Source: Gammaproteobacteria bacterium
Lineage (GTDB): Bacteria; Pseudomonadota; Gammaproteobacteria; JBCCGL01
Length of the DNA stretch: 64,000 bases
NCBI GenBank assembly: GCA_965277715.1
Contig: OZ255836.1
Span: 4,160,001-4,224,000, forward strand
Direction: 5' to 3'
Part shown: positions 39,658 to 49,630 of the stretch, one piece after another
Layout: each line of letters starts with the position of its first letter
Position numbering within the stretch: position 1 is the stretch's first letter
Notes under the pieces: generated by a model
The model's input: the letters and a program-made list of their open reading frames with translations, nothing else
The model's database searches: none
What the model was told of the DNA's origin: nothing
Program-made: the position numbers and the translations under genes

Positions 39658-40679
39658 CATACGCACAGACCCCCACTGCTTCACCCCAGGACTTTGGCCG
39701 GGTGGCCGTCTTTATGGGGGGGTGGTCGGCAGAGCGCGAAGTCTCGTTAAAAAGTGGCCAGCAGGTTTTACAGGGCTTGCTGGCAGCGGGCGTCGATGCG
39801 GTGCCGGTGGATGTCGACCGCGCACAGCTAAAAGCGTTGCGCCGGGAGGATTACGACCGTGTGTTTATGATTCTGCACGGCACGGGCGGTGAAGATGGCG
39901 TGGTACAGGCCCACCTGGAACTGCTCGGTATGCCCTATACCGGCAGCAGTGTCCTTGGCTCTGCACTGGCGATGAGCAAATTGCACAGCAAGCACATCTT
40001 TCGCGGGCTGGGCCTGCCGACCCCTGAGTGGCGGGTTGCCCGCAACCTGGAGGCGTGCCAGGCGGCGTCAGCGGCGTTTGGTTTGCCTGTCGTGATCAAG
40101 CCCGCCAGCGAGGGGTCGAGCATTGGTGTCACGCTGGTGATGCACGCCGAACAACTTGAGAGTGCCTTTCACCAGGCCCGGCAATACGGCGAGGTAATGG
40201 TCGAACAGTTTGTGCATGGCCGCGAGTTGACGGTGGCGGTGCTCGGTGGCCAGCGTTCAGGCCAAGGTTCAGGCCAGCATTCAGGCCAGGGTTGTTTAGG
40301 CCGGAATTCTTCAGGCCACTGTTCAAGCTACCAGGCACTGCCGGTTATCCATATCGAAACCCCCCGCGAATTCTACGACTACGACGCCAAATACCGCGCC
40401 AACAGCACCGCTTACCACTGCCCGGCGGCGCTGCCCGAGGACGTGACCCACACCTGCCAGAAAATGGCGGAGCAAGCCTTTGTGGCCGTCGGTGCCCGCG
40501 ATTGGGGGCGGGTGGATTTTATGTATGGCGATGACGGCCAATTGTGGTTGATCGAGGTCAATACCGCGCCGGGCATGACCGATCACAGCCTGGTGCCGAT
40601 GGCGGCGCGTGAAATCGGCTTGAGCTTTGAGGCGCTGGTGGTGCGCATTCTTCAATGCAGCCTGGAGCGGGACCAATGA
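39654..40679 (+). CDS. ddl: D-alanine--D-alanine ligase with tandem-repeat insertion
   Basis: GG.SAEREVSL.SG, LHG.GGEDG, EGSSIG, FYDYDAKY, EVNTAPGMT.HSL.P. Confidence 0.96.
   Translation: MTYAQTPTASPQDFGRVAVFMGGWSAEREVSLKSGQQVLQGLLAAGVDAVPVDVDRAQLKALRREDYDRVFMILHGTGGEDGVVQAHLELLGMPYTGSSVLGSALAMSKLHSKHIFRGLGLPTPEWRVARNLEACQAASAAFGLPVVIKPASEGSSIGVTLVMHAEQLESAFHQARQYGEVMVEQFVHGRELTVAVLGGQRSGQGSGQHSGQGCLGRNSSGHCSSYQALPVIHIETPREFYDYDAKYRANSTAYHCPAALPEDVTHTCQKMAEQAFVAVGARDWGRVDFMYGDDGQLWLIEVNTAPGMTDHSLVPMAAREIGLSFEALVVRILQCSLERDQ
40248..40325 (+). repeat. In-frame 12/15-bp tandem repeat x6 inside ddl
   Basis: ggccagcgttca ggccaaggttca ggccagcattca ggccagggttgttta ggccggaattcttca ggccactgttca. Confidence 0.85.
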
Positions 40680-41572
40680 GTGTCGGCAGCACCAGTATAG
40701 ACGCCACCAGGCGGGAGCCTGGACGGCGGGTAGCGGCCCAGGCGACGAGACCGACCACCAGGTCGGCAACGGGCCAGGCGGCGAAACGGGCGGCAAGCAC
40801 CTTTAACAAAGGGCGCTTTATCGATCTGTTTAAACGCGCTACGCGTGTGGTGTTAGTGCTGACGGTATTGCTCGGCCTGGCCGTTGTGGGTGCGCGTGTC
40901 TGGCATTATTTTTTATCGCCGCACCATTTTCCGGTCAATACGGTGACGGTGGAGGGCGATTTTCAATACATCGACCGGGCGGCGGTACAAAAGGCCGTGG
41001 TGGGGTATTCAAACCAGGGGTTTTTTGCTATGCAGGTCGATGCGCTTCACGCTGAAATGCTCACCATTTCGTGGGTCGCCAGCGCGGCGATACAGCGCGT
41101 GTGGCCGGACGCCATCAGCCTGATCCTGCGCGAGCACAAACCCATCGCTCGCTGGAATGATAAATCCCTGCTAACCGCGTCCGGTGTGCTTATCACCCCC
41201 CCTCAGCTCAGTAGCGAATCGGCGAATCTGACGGCGTGGCGTGGCCACTTTAAATCGCTGCCGCTGTTGCGCGGGGAGGCGGGTAAATCATCGCTGCTCT
41301 GGCAGCGTTTTGCGCAGGCCAGCAAGGCGTTACACGGCGTCGGTGTGGGGCTGCACGGTATCCAAAACGATCGTCGCAATGCGGTCACCCTGTTTCTGGA
41401 TAACGGTATTTCCGTACGCCTTGGCCGCGACCTTGGTCACGGTTGGTTCGACCGGCATATCAATCGACTGGCCACCGTGTACAGCGCCTATATCGCGCCC
41501 CGATTGGGAGATATTTCTTATGTCGATTTGCGTTATCCCAATGGCTTTGCCATGGGCCTGGCGGGGGGCTAG
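40676..41572 (+). CDS. ftsQ: Cell division protein FtsQ
   Basis: TM helix, POTRA domain (WV..A.IQRVWPD), YVDLRYPNGFA. Confidence 0.93.
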   Translation: MSVGSTSIDATRREPGRRVAAQATRPTTRSATGQAAKRAASTFNKGRFIDLFKRATRVVLVLTVLLGLAVVGARVWHYFLSPHHFPVNTVTVEGDFQYIDRAAVQKAVVGYSNQGFFAMQVDALHAEMLTISWVASAAIQRVWPDAISLILREHKPIARWNDKSLLTASGVLITPPQLSSESANLTAWRGHFKSLPLLRGEAGKSSLLWQRFAQASKALHGVGVGLHGIQNDRRNAVTLFLDNGISVRLGRDLGHGWFDRHINRLATVYSAYIAPRLGDISYVDLRYPNGFAMGLAGG

Positions 41573-41574
41573 GT

Positions 41575-42810
41575 ATGTCTAAAGTCAACAACCGGCAGAT
41601 GATTGTAGGCCTGGACATCGGCACCTCCAAAGTGGTGGCGATTGTCGGTGAGATCAGCGAAACCCGCGATATAGAGATTATCGGCATTGGCAGCCACCCG
41701 TCACGCGGCATGAAAAAAGGGGTGGTGGTGAATATCGAATCCACCGTGCAATCGATTCAGCGGGCGGTGGAAGAGGCCGAGCTAATGGCCGGTTGCCAAA
41801 TCAATTCGGTGTATGCGGGGATTGCCGGCAGCCATATCCGCAGCCTCAATTCACACGGCATCGTCGCGATTCGCGAGCGCGAAGTGGTGCAAACTGATGT
41901 CGATCGGGTAATCGACGCGGCCAAGGCCGTGGCGATTCCGGCTGACCAGCGCATTTTGCATGTACTGCCACAAGAGTTTGTCATCGACCAACAGGAGGGC
42001 ATACGCGAGCCGGTCGGCATGTCCGGTGTGCGCCTCGAAGCCAAGGTACACCTGGTGAGTGGTGCCGTCAGCGCGGCGCAGAACATCATCAAGTGTGTGC
42101 AGCGTTGTGGCCTGGAAGTGGATGATGTGATTCTCGAACAACTCGCCTCCAGCTACTCGGTATTGACCGACGATGAAAAAGAACTGGGTATCTGCCTGGT
42201 GGATATCGGTGGTGGCACCACCGATATCGCCATCTTTACCGAGGGCGCGATTCGCCACACAGCGGTAATCCCCATCGCCGGTGACCAGGTGACCAACGAC
42301 ATTGCCGTGGCCCTGCGCACCCCGACGTTGCACGCCGAGGAAATTAAAATCAAATACGCCTGTGCGCTGCGCCAACTGGCCAACCCGGATGAAACCATCG
42401 AAGTCTCGGGCGTGGGTGACCGGCCATCGCGGCGCCTGGCACGGCAGACACTGGCAGAAGTGGTCGAGCCACGCTACGAAGAACTGCTCACCCTGGTTCA
42501 GGTCGAGCTGCGGCGCAGTGGTTTTGAGGATATTTGTGCTGCCGGGGTGGTATTGACCGGCGGCAGTTCAAAAATGGAGGGCGTGGTCGAGCTTGCTGAA
42601 GAAGTATTCCATATGCCGGTGCGCCTGGGCGTGCCGCAGTATGTCAAAGGCCTGGCCGATGTGGTGCGCAACCCGATTCACGCGACTGGGGTGGGCTTAT
42701 TGCTGTTTGGCCTCAAACATGAATCCAGCAACCACCTTTCCGGCAATGACACGGCCAGTTCAATCGGTATTTTCAGGCGAATGAAAGAGTGGTTCCAATC
42801 CAATTTTTGA
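41575..42810 (+). CDS. ftsA: Cell division protein FtsA
   Basis: VGLDIGTSK, DIGGGTTD, C-terminal amphipathic RMKEWFQSNF; start at ATG 41575. Confidence 0.98.
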   Translation: MSKVNNRQMIVGLDIGTSKVVAIVGEISETRDIEIIGIGSHPSRGMKKGVVVNIESTVQSIQRAVEEAELMAGCQINSVYAGIAGSHIRSLNSHGIVAIREREVVQTDVDRVIDAAKAVAIPADQRILHVLPQEFVIDQQEGIREPVGMSGVRLEAKVHLVSGAVSAAQNIIKCVQRCGLEVDDVILEQLASSYSVLTDDEKELGICLVDIGGGTTDIAIFTEGAIRHTAVIPIAGDQVTNDIAVALRTPTLHAEEIKIKYACALRQLANPDETIEVSGVGDRPSRRLARQTLAEVVEPRYEELLTLVQVELRRSGFEDICAAGVVLTGGSSKMEGVVELAEEVFHMPVRLGVPQYVKGLADVVRNPIHATGVGLLLFGLKHESSNHLSGNDTASSIGIFRRMKEWFQSNF

Positions 42811-42903
42811 TGTGTTTTTGGTTTAAACGAGCCGGGTCGAAATTGAATCGACGCGATGTAACAGTGGTTAACAATTTTTGAGACATTTTAGGGGAGAAAA
42901 CCT

Positions 42904-44073
42904 ATGTTTGAATTGATGGAAGGCGCACCGCAGAATGCAGTAATAAAACTGATCGGTGTCGGTGGCGGTGGCGGCAATGCGGTGGCGCATATGGTGCGTT
43001 CCAGCATCGATGGGGTCGAGTTTATCTGTGCCAACACCGACGCGCAGGCGCTGAAAAGCATACCGGCCAAGGTATCACTGCAAATCGGTGGCAACATCAC
43101 CAAGGGCCTGGGTGCCGGTGCCAATCCAGACGTTGGTCGGCAGGCGGCACTGGAGGATCGCGAGCGAATCCAACAGACCATCGAAGGCACCGACATGCTG
43201 TTTATTACAGCGGGCATGGGCGGGGGCACGGGGACAGGTGCTGTACCGGTGGTGGCACAGATTGCCCGCGATATGGGCATCCTGACCGTTGCCGTGGTGA
43301 CCAAACCGTTTCCGTTTGAAGGCGCCAAGCGTATGCAACTCGCCGAGGCGGGCCTGCGCGAGCTAAGCCAGCACGTCGATTCATTGATCACCATCCCCAA
43401 CGAAAAACTGCTGTCCGTACTCGGTAAAAACGTGACTCTGCTGGATGCCTTTAGCGCCGCAAATGATATTTTACGCGGTGCCGTGCAGGGGATTGCCGAG
43501 TTGATTACCTGCCCGGGTTTAATCAACGTCGACTTTGCCGACGTGCGTACCGTCATGGCTGAAATGGGCATGGCGATGATGGGCACAGGCATTGGCAGCG
43601 GTGAACAGCGTGCCACCGAGGCAGCCGAGGCGGCGGTTTCCAGCCCACTGCTGGAAAACGTCAACCTGGCGGGGGCCAAGGGTATTCTGGTTAACGTCAC
43701 CTGCGGGCTGGACATGGCCATCGGTGAGTTTGAAGACGTTGGCAATGCCATCAAAACCTTCGCCTCTGACGATGCCACGGTAGTGGTCGGCACCGTTATC
43801 GACCCCGAATTGCAGGGTGAAATGCGGGTGACCGTAGTGGCTACCGGGCTGGGACAACTGGAAAGTGCCAGCGTGCCCAAAATCCGCTCGGTCTACCCAC
43901 CGCGCAACGACGGCAAAGTCGACTACGAACGTTTGGATAAACCCACAGTGATCCGCAATAAACCCATCGCAACCGACAGAACAGACACGCTGTCCCGGGT
44001 GGCGGCTGTTGCGGGTGAAGGCGAGCTGGACTACCTGGATATTCCGGCGTTTTTAAGAAAACAGGCGGATTAG
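42904..44073 (+). CDS. ftsZ: Cell division protein FtsZ
   Basis: GGGTGTG tubulin signature, NVDFADV, C-terminal LDIPAFLRKQAD. Confidence 0.99.
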   Translation: MFELMEGAPQNAVIKLIGVGGGGGNAVAHMVRSSIDGVEFICANTDAQALKSIPAKVSLQIGGNITKGLGAGANPDVGRQAALEDRERIQQTIEGTDMLFITAGMGGGTGTGAVPVVAQIARDMGILTVAVVTKPFPFEGAKRMQLAEAGLRELSQHVDSLITIPNEKLLSVLGKNVTLLDAFSAANDILRGAVQGIAELITCPGLINVDFADVRTVMAEMGMAMMGTGIGSGEQRATEAAEAAVSSPLLENVNLAGAKGILVNVTCGLDMAIGEFEDVGNAIKTFASDDATVVVGTVIDPELQGEMRVTVVATGLGQLESASVPKIRSVYPPRNDGKVDYERLDKPTVIRNKPIATDRTDTLSRVAAVAGEGELDYLDIPAFLRKQAD

Positions 44074-44233
44074 TCTATATATCCATATGATTATTATTAG
44101 GCTGCTTCCAGGATAATTACAGGTATGTCAGTTTGGCTGTTTTCGTTTATCGTCGTGATGTATTATTGCCGCCCATCTTATATGGCACATCAGTACGTTG
44201 CGCATCGACCAGATGCAAGGGCAAAAAAATAAC

Positions 44234-45148
44234 ATGATTAAGCAACGGACCCTCAAAAACACTATTCGGGCGACCGGCGTCGGCTTGCATACGGGTAAAA
44301 AAGTCTACCTGACCTTGCGCCCCGCTGATATAGACACCGGTATTGTCTTTCGTCGGGTCGACTTTGACACCCCAGTGGTTATTCCCAGCCACCCTATGAA
44401 CGTGGAAAACACCGAACTTGCCACCTCGCTGGGCAAGAATGGTGTGAGAATCTCCACCGTCGAGCACCTGATGGCTGCACTGGCGGGGCTGGGCATCGAC
44501 AACGCCTACGTCGATTTGAGCGCTGACGAAGTACCGATTATGGATGGCAGTTCCGGGCCGTTTGTGTTTCTGGTGCAGTCGGCGGGTATCGAAGAACAGA
44601 ATGCGCCGAAAAAATTCATCCGTATAAAAAAGCCCATACAGGCTGAGAGTGATGACAAATGGGTACGCTTCGATCCCTTTGATGGTTTTAAGGTGAGTTT
44701 TACCATTGAGTTTGACCACCCCATGTTCAACAACCTCAGCCAGCAGGCCGAGGTGGATTTTTCCACCACATCCTTTGTTAAAGAAATCAGCCGGGCGCGT
44801 ACCTTTGGTTTTATGCGTGATATTGAAGCCTTGCGCCGCCGTGATCTGGCGTTGGGGGGTAGTCTGGATAACGCCATTGTGGTTGATGATTACCGGGTGC
44901 TCAACGAAGACGGTTTGCGCTATGGCGATGAGTTTGTCCGGCACAAAATCCTCGATGCGATTGGCGATTTATACTTGCTGGGGCATACATTGATCGGGGC
45001 TTTTTCCGGGTATAAATCCGGGCATGCGTTGAATAATCAATTACTGCGGGCGTTGCTTGAGGATGAGACTGCCTGGGAGCAGGTGACGTTTGACGATGCC
45101 AGGGATGCGCCTATTTCTTATGTTCAGCCTATTGAGTCGATTGCTTAG
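44234..45148 (+). CDS. lpxC: UDP-3-O-acyl-GlcNAc deacetylase
   Basis: [29 protein letters not shown]; start at ATG 44234. Confidence 0.98.
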   Translation: MIKQRTLKNTIRATGVGLHTGKKVYLTLRPADIDTGIVFRRVDFDTPVVIPSHPMNVENTELATSLGKNGVRISTVEHLMAALAGLGIDNAYVDLSADEVPIMDGSSGPFVFLVQSAGIEEQNAPKKFIRIKKPIQAESDDKWVRFDPFDGFKVSFTIEFDHPMFNNLSQQAEVDFSTTSFVKEISRARTFGFMRDIEALRRRDLALGGSLDNAIVVDDYRVLNEDGLRYGDEFVRHKILDAIGDLYLLGHTLIGAFSGYKSGHALNNQLLRALLEDETAWEQVTFDDARDAPISYVQPIESIA

Positions 45149-45277
45149 CGCCGGGTGCCCCAATTGGCGCTAAATTCTGCAAGGGGCTTTACGTGTTTGT
45201 GTTTGCCCCAGGGCGCGGGGTTATCGTTGCAGGGGAGGTAAGCTGATCAAGATGGTGGTAATACAGGGTTGATTGTT

Positions 45278-45367
45278 CTATTCGCTGCGCTGCTTGTTTT
45301 CCATGAATTTTCTTACATCACCATTATCAACAAGGTAATAGACCTCTTCCACCGGCAGCGTTACATC
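45278..45367 (-). pseudogene. C-terminal remnant of a Uma2-family endonuclease-like gene
   Basis: DVTLPVEEVYYLVDNGDVRKFMENKQRSE* resembles Uma2 C-termini; no start codon; cut at the hairpin element. Confidence 0.5.
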
Positions 45368-45369
45368 AT

Positions 45370-45467
45370 CCTAAATTCCTCAGTTGAACCTACTGCGACC
45401 ACCTAATGCACTGAATCTAATTCAGCACCTTAGACGCCCTCGCTACGATTCAACTGCGGAATTTAGG
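45370..45467 (-). repeat. 98-bp palindromic MITE/REP-like hairpin with a GUA/AGUA internal loop
   Basis: 19-bp terminal IR CCTAAATTCC(T/G)CAGTTGAA with 1 mismatch; inner CTGAAT/ATTCAG stem. Confidence 0.75.
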
Positions 45468-45602
45468 TTAAAGCGTTTTGTGCAAGGGCTTGAGAAGGGG
45501 AGTGGTTTGGCGGGCAGCCTGCTTAAACAAGTGGATCAAGGGCGGCGGATTGCCACAGAGTTAAGCGGGTATTTTGAGCCGGTTGCCCGGTGGTTTGGGG
45601 TC

Positions 45603-45698
45603 GCAGATGAGTGCGGTACAGGCCGTGAGAATATCCTGCTAATCAAGATAGACGCACGCCAACTGTTTTTGTGGAAAACAGGCTGACGCCGATTGCTG
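45603..45698 (+). repeat. Dispersed intergenic repeat, copy 2
   Basis: Aligns with 18329-18427 (shared GTGAGAAT, TGCTAATCAA, GCCAACTGTTT.TGTGGAA, AGGCTGA). Confidence 0.8.
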
Positions 45699-45795
45699 GT
45701 AGCATGGGCGTGTGTTTTGAGTTCACATAATCGGATGGCCGAGGAATGCGTTATACACAGTGTGTTTGCCATACTGTTTCTGATAACCGTGCAGC

Positions 45796-46761
45796 CTATC
45801 CGCTTTGGCTGAACTGCCGGTTAAATTTCTCGATAAAATGCTCTATATCCTGTGTTGGCAGGTGGTTAATGCCCGCTGCCGCTTTACGGCCCCCGCCTGT
45901 TTCAAATTGCATACACAAAGTATCCGCGCCGTGCTTACGGTTGAGCGGGGCGCGTACACTCACCAGATAACCACCCGCTGGCAGTATATTTAATAATGCG
46001 TGCGCCCGGTCGGGGTGTGCACGTGCCAATTCGTTGGCGTATACGCCACTGATTCGGCGGGACCATTTTTCCTCTGGCAGTACCAGTATCAACCCGCAAT
46101 CGTTCGCCTGTACAGGTGCCAGTTGTCTGGCGTTGTCAATATCACCCGCATAACCGTCACGCAGGGTAATAAAGGCGGTATCACTGCTGATAAAGTCAAA
46201 GGGGTTGGGGTAATGGTGTATTGTCTTGTACAGCGTTTCAGGGTCAAAAAACAGGTCGTCGATATGTGCGCCGTAACCGTTGTAATTGATTAATGTGCCT
46301 AGTTGTTCGAGTGCATCGATCTGGGGTTTGGATAAACCGAGTGGCTTTGCGGCGGCCTGTGCACTGGCGTGTAAATTGTCGCCAAATGCCGCGACGACAG
46401 CCCAGGGTAGGTGAGCGCCGTTTAGGTAGGCGTTGACCAGCAGGCTGGTGCAGGTGTTGGCTGCGGTGTCAATATGTGCGTCAAGTTGCCTGTGGCTGGG
46501 CACTTCCCCAGCAAAGTGATGATCGAAATATTGCACAGGCACGTTTGCATCGAGCAATGCCTGTACGCCTGCGCGGTTTTTGTCGAAAGAAATATCCAGC
46601 ACGGTGGCTGAGCTGACCTGTTGTGGATCGACTTTTTTCAGCAGCCCAATGTCGCGTTTGACGCCGCTTACCAATGTGCTGTCGATAGGGTGGTTCAGGC
46701 GCAACTGCTGCAGTGCGCAAATACCATCGGCGTCGCCATTAAAAAAATCGTAGTGAGGCAT
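45796..46761 (-). CDS. DHH family phosphoesterase
   Basis: NGDADG, VLDIS, YFDHH, C-terminal DHHA1-like GGGRKAAAG. Confidence 0.85.
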   Translation of the reverse strand: MPHYDFFNGDADGICALQQLRLNHPIDSTLVSGVKRDIGLLKKVDPQQVSSATVLDISFDKNRAGVQALLDANVPVQYFDHHFAGEVPSHRQLDAHIDTAANTCTSLLVNAYLNGAHLPWAVVAAFGDNLHASAQAAAKPLGLSKPQIDALEQLGTLINYNGYGAHIDDLFFDPETLYKTIHHYPNPFDFISSDTAFITLRDGYAGDIDNARQLAPVQANDCGLILVLPEEKWSRRISGVYANELARAHPDRAHALLNILPAGGYLVSVRAPLNRKHGADTLCMQFETGGGRKAAAGINHLPTQDIEHFIEKFNRQFSQSG

Positions 46762-46764
46762 GGT

Positions 46765-47799
46765 TTAGGTCTTTTTTATATTGGTTTTGTTTAATGCGTT
46801 AACACAATCGCCAATCAGACTGGGGCCGTTATAGATTAAGCCAGAGTAGATTTGTACCAATTGGGCGCCCGCGTTAATTTTCTCCCGTGCATCGTCACCA
46901 CACATAATGCCCCCTGCGGCAATAATAGGAATGTCGCTCTGCAAGCGATTGGCGAGTTGGCGCATAATCGCGGTCGATTGGGTGGTTAAGGGCGCGCCGC
47001 TAAGCCCGCCGGTTTCACTGGCATGGCGCGAGGCGGCAATGCCATCGCGGGCGTTAGTGGTATTGGTGGCAATAACAGCATCGATGCAGTGATGGCGAAG
47101 GGCATCGGCAAGGGTGTCGACTTCCTGTGGCTGTAAATCAGGGGCTATTTTGATTGCCAGTGGCACGTATTTCTGGTGTTTGTCGGCCAGTGATTGTTGC
47201 GCTGATTTTAGTGTACTAAATAACGATTCCAGTGCCTCACCATGCTGCAGTGCCCGTAGCCCTGGCGTGTTTGGCGAGGAGATGTTGACGGTGATGTAGC
47301 TGGCGTAAGGGTAAACGGCGCGCAGGCAGATCAGGTAATCGTCGCTGGCATTTTCGATGGGGGTATCGCGGTTTTTACCGATATTGATGCCCAATACACC
47401 CTTAAATTCTGCCGCCTGAACCCGCTTTACCAGGTGGTCTACTCCGGCGTTGTTGAACCCCATGCGGTTGATAATGGCGTGTTGCTCGGGGAGACGGAAA
47501 ATACGCGGTTTTGGGTTACCGGGTTGGGCGCGTGGGGTCACTGTGCCTATTTCGATAAAACCAAAGCCCAGATTGGCCAGGCCGTGGATGCATTCGCCAT
47601 TTTTATCCAGCCCGGCGCATAATCCTACCGGGTTGGGAAACGGGATGCCCATTACCTCGATGGGGTGTGGGGGTACCCGGCTTTTCAGGCAGTGCGCCAG
47701 TGGGCCGCGATTGAGCTGCTTTAGCGCGGTTAAGGTGAGGTCGTGTGCCGTTTCCGCATCGAGGGAAAACAGCGCTTTGCGCAATAGCGAATACAACAT
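46765..47799 (-). CDS. pyrD: Quinone-dependent dihydroorotate dehydrogenase
   Basis: [36 protein letters not shown]. Confidence 0.97.
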   Translation of the reverse strand: MLYSLLRKALFSLDAETAHDLTLTALKQLNRGPLAHCLKSRVPPHPIEVMGIPFPNPVGLCAGLDKNGECIHGLANLGFGFIEIGTVTPRAQPGNPKPRIFRLPEQHAIINRMGFNNAGVDHLVKRVQAAEFKGVLGINIGKNRDTPIENASDDYLICLRAVYPYASYITVNISSPNTPGLRALQHGEALESLFSTLKSAQQSLADKHQKYVPLAIKIAPDLQPQEVDTLADALRHHCIDAVIATNTTNARDGIAASRHASETGGLSGAPLTTQSTAIMRQLANRLQSDIPIIAAGGIMCGDDAREKINAGAQLVQIYSGLIYNGPSLIGDCVNALNKTNIKKT

Positions 47800-48359
47800 T
47801 AAAGACCTTCGCTATTGTTGTCGGTATCGTCCAGGGTATTTAGCGCATAGCGCAGGATGATGTAGTCGCGGTGATCCCAGATAAGGGCGACCGACCACTC
47901 ACCGCGCTGCCAGCGGATATGCGCAAACCCTTTGCCGGCGTTGATCGCGTTTAACCGCGAGCTGCGCGATGTGGCGTAGTCGGGAAACTGCCCCAATGTC
48001 TCGCCCTGCCCATAGAGGCGGATCAGCTTGGCTTTCCAGTGGGTGAAATTGAGCCAGCTCCCCGGCGCTTCCCGCCGTGCTACTGCGCTGATTTGGTTAT
48101 TGTGTGTACTCAGCTCCAGGTGTTTTTTTTCATCGCGCACCCGGTAGACCACGGTGCCGTTTTGCGCGCTGATCTGTTCGGCGCTAATGGACAGTGAACC
48201 GGGTGTCGCGCCGAGGCAGTAACGGTTAAATACCTGTTTTACACACGCTTGAGCGAGTGTGCTCGGGCTTAAAAATACTGTCGGCAACGTTAACACCAGC
48301 AAAACGGAAAAGCGTACAATTCGCGTTTTTAATGGTGTGATCTTGGTGGGTGAAGTCAT
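47799..48359 (-). CDS. Hypothetical exported protein
   Basis: Signal peptide ending TLA-QA, Cys pair [11 protein letters not shown]; stop overlaps the pyrD start; ATG 48359 has a plausible position. Confidence 0.7.
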   Translation of the reverse strand: MTSPTKITPLKTRIVRFSVLLVLTLPTVFLSPSTLAQACVKQVFNRYCLGATPGSLSISAEQISAQNGTVVYRVRDEKKHLELSTHNNQISAVARREAPGSWLNFTHWKAKLIRLYGQGETLGQFPDYATSRSSRLNAINAGKGFAHIRWQRGEWSVALIWDHRDYIILRYALNTLDDTDNNSEGL

Positions 48360-48444
48360 AAGGGGAATTCTCCAGTACACGGATAGATTGCGCAAGCCAC
48401 CTGTTGTAGATTGTTTTATTTCCACACGCTGATTAAGCATTTAT

Positions 48445-49491
48445 ATGAGATTGTACCCGGATAAGCTCGATAGCCACCTGGCCCGGCACCTACAGCCGGT
48501 TTACTTCATCAGCGGTGATGAACCGCTACAAATGGTGGAGTGTGCGGATCGTATTCGCCAGCGTGCACGCGCTTTGGGGTATGACACCCGCGAGGTATTT
48601 GTCGCCGATACCGAATTCGATTGGAATCACTTACTAACGGCTTCAAATAGCCTGTCGCTGTTCGCCGAACAGCGCATACTGGAGTTGCGTCTGGACAGTG
48701 GCAAGCCGGGGCGTGAGGGAGGGAAAGCCCTGAAGGCGTATGCCGAGCGCCCGGTAGACGATGCGATTTTGTTGGTGATGAGTGGCAAAGTTGATAAGTC
48801 CGGTCAGTCGAGTGCTTGGTATAAAGCCATCGATAAGGTGGGTATCACTCTTCAGGTGTGGCCGGTTTCGCCACAGGATCTACCGAATTGGGTTGTTCAA
48901 CGTATGCGCGCCAGGGGGTTGCGCCCTACGCGGGATGCCGCCACGTTGATCGCTGATCGCGTCGAGGGCAATATGCTGGCGGCACAGCAGGAAATCGATA
49001 AACTTGCCCTGCTGTTCGCCGACAGTGAAATTAATATCCAGGAAGTGCTGACGGTAGTGGCCGACAGCGCACGCTATCAAACCTTTGACTTAGCCGATGC
49101 CGCATTGCTCGGCAACGCTAAACGCGTGGTGGCGATTCTCGATGGTCTGCGCAGTGAGGGTATCGACCCGGTTCCGGTGTTGATTGCGTTAACCATGCAG
49201 GTGCGCAGCGCAGCGCAGATTGCCCTGGCGAAAGCACGCGGCAGTTCAACCGCTGAGGCGATGCGTGAAGCACGTATCTGGCAAAACCGGCAGGGTATTT
49301 TTCAACAGGCGCTGAATCGTCACGATGCATTGTCGTGGAATCGTATGTTGTTGCGTTGTGCGGAGCTGGAATTGGCGTGTAAAGGATTTACCCGACGAGG
49401 TAATCTATGGGATGAGTTGTTGGAGTTAGCGCTTTTTATCGCGGGAAAAATAGCGCTCCAGCGTATGGGGTTTTCGCGTAATGCGGGTTAA
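48445..49491 (+). CDS. holA: DNA polymerase III delta subunit
   Basis: PVY.ISGDEPL, SLSLFA, RVEGNMLAA.QEIDKL. Confidence 0.95.
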   Translation: MRLYPDKLDSHLARHLQPVYFISGDEPLQMVECADRIRQRARALGYDTREVFVADTEFDWNHLLTASNSLSLFAEQRILELRLDSGKPGREGGKALKAYAERPVDDAILLVMSGKVDKSGQSSAWYKAIDKVGITLQVWPVSPQDLPNWVVQRMRARGLRPTRDAATLIADRVEGNMLAAQQEIDKLALLFADSEINIQEVLTVVADSARYQTFDLADAALLGNAKRVVAILDGLRSEGIDPVPVLIALTMQVRSAAQIALAKARGSSTAEAMREARIWQNRQGIFQQALNRHDALSWNRMLLRCAELELACKGFTRRGNLWDELLELALFIAGKIALQRMGFSRNAG

Positions 49492-49630
49492 AGTCGGCGC
49501 TATTTTTTAATCGCTTCTTATGTAGTGGATCTGGATATACTACGACACTGGATTTTTAGGATAAAAAAATATACTTTATAAATTCAAAAAGATACTTACA
49601 CATTCAATTAGGAACAATCGGAGCAATACA

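Noticed and set aside
39600-39700. murB absent between murC and ddl
   Set aside because: murC-ddl adjacency is common in Gammaproteobacteria, including E. coli
42888-43880. 330-aa antisense ORF, and similar ones over murE/murF, lpxC and rsmI
   Set aside because: Shadow ORFs of conserved GC-rich genes
45384-45686. 100-aa + strand ORF in the lpxC-DHH spacer
   Set aside because: It runs through the hairpin element and dispersed repeat; no family motif or RBS
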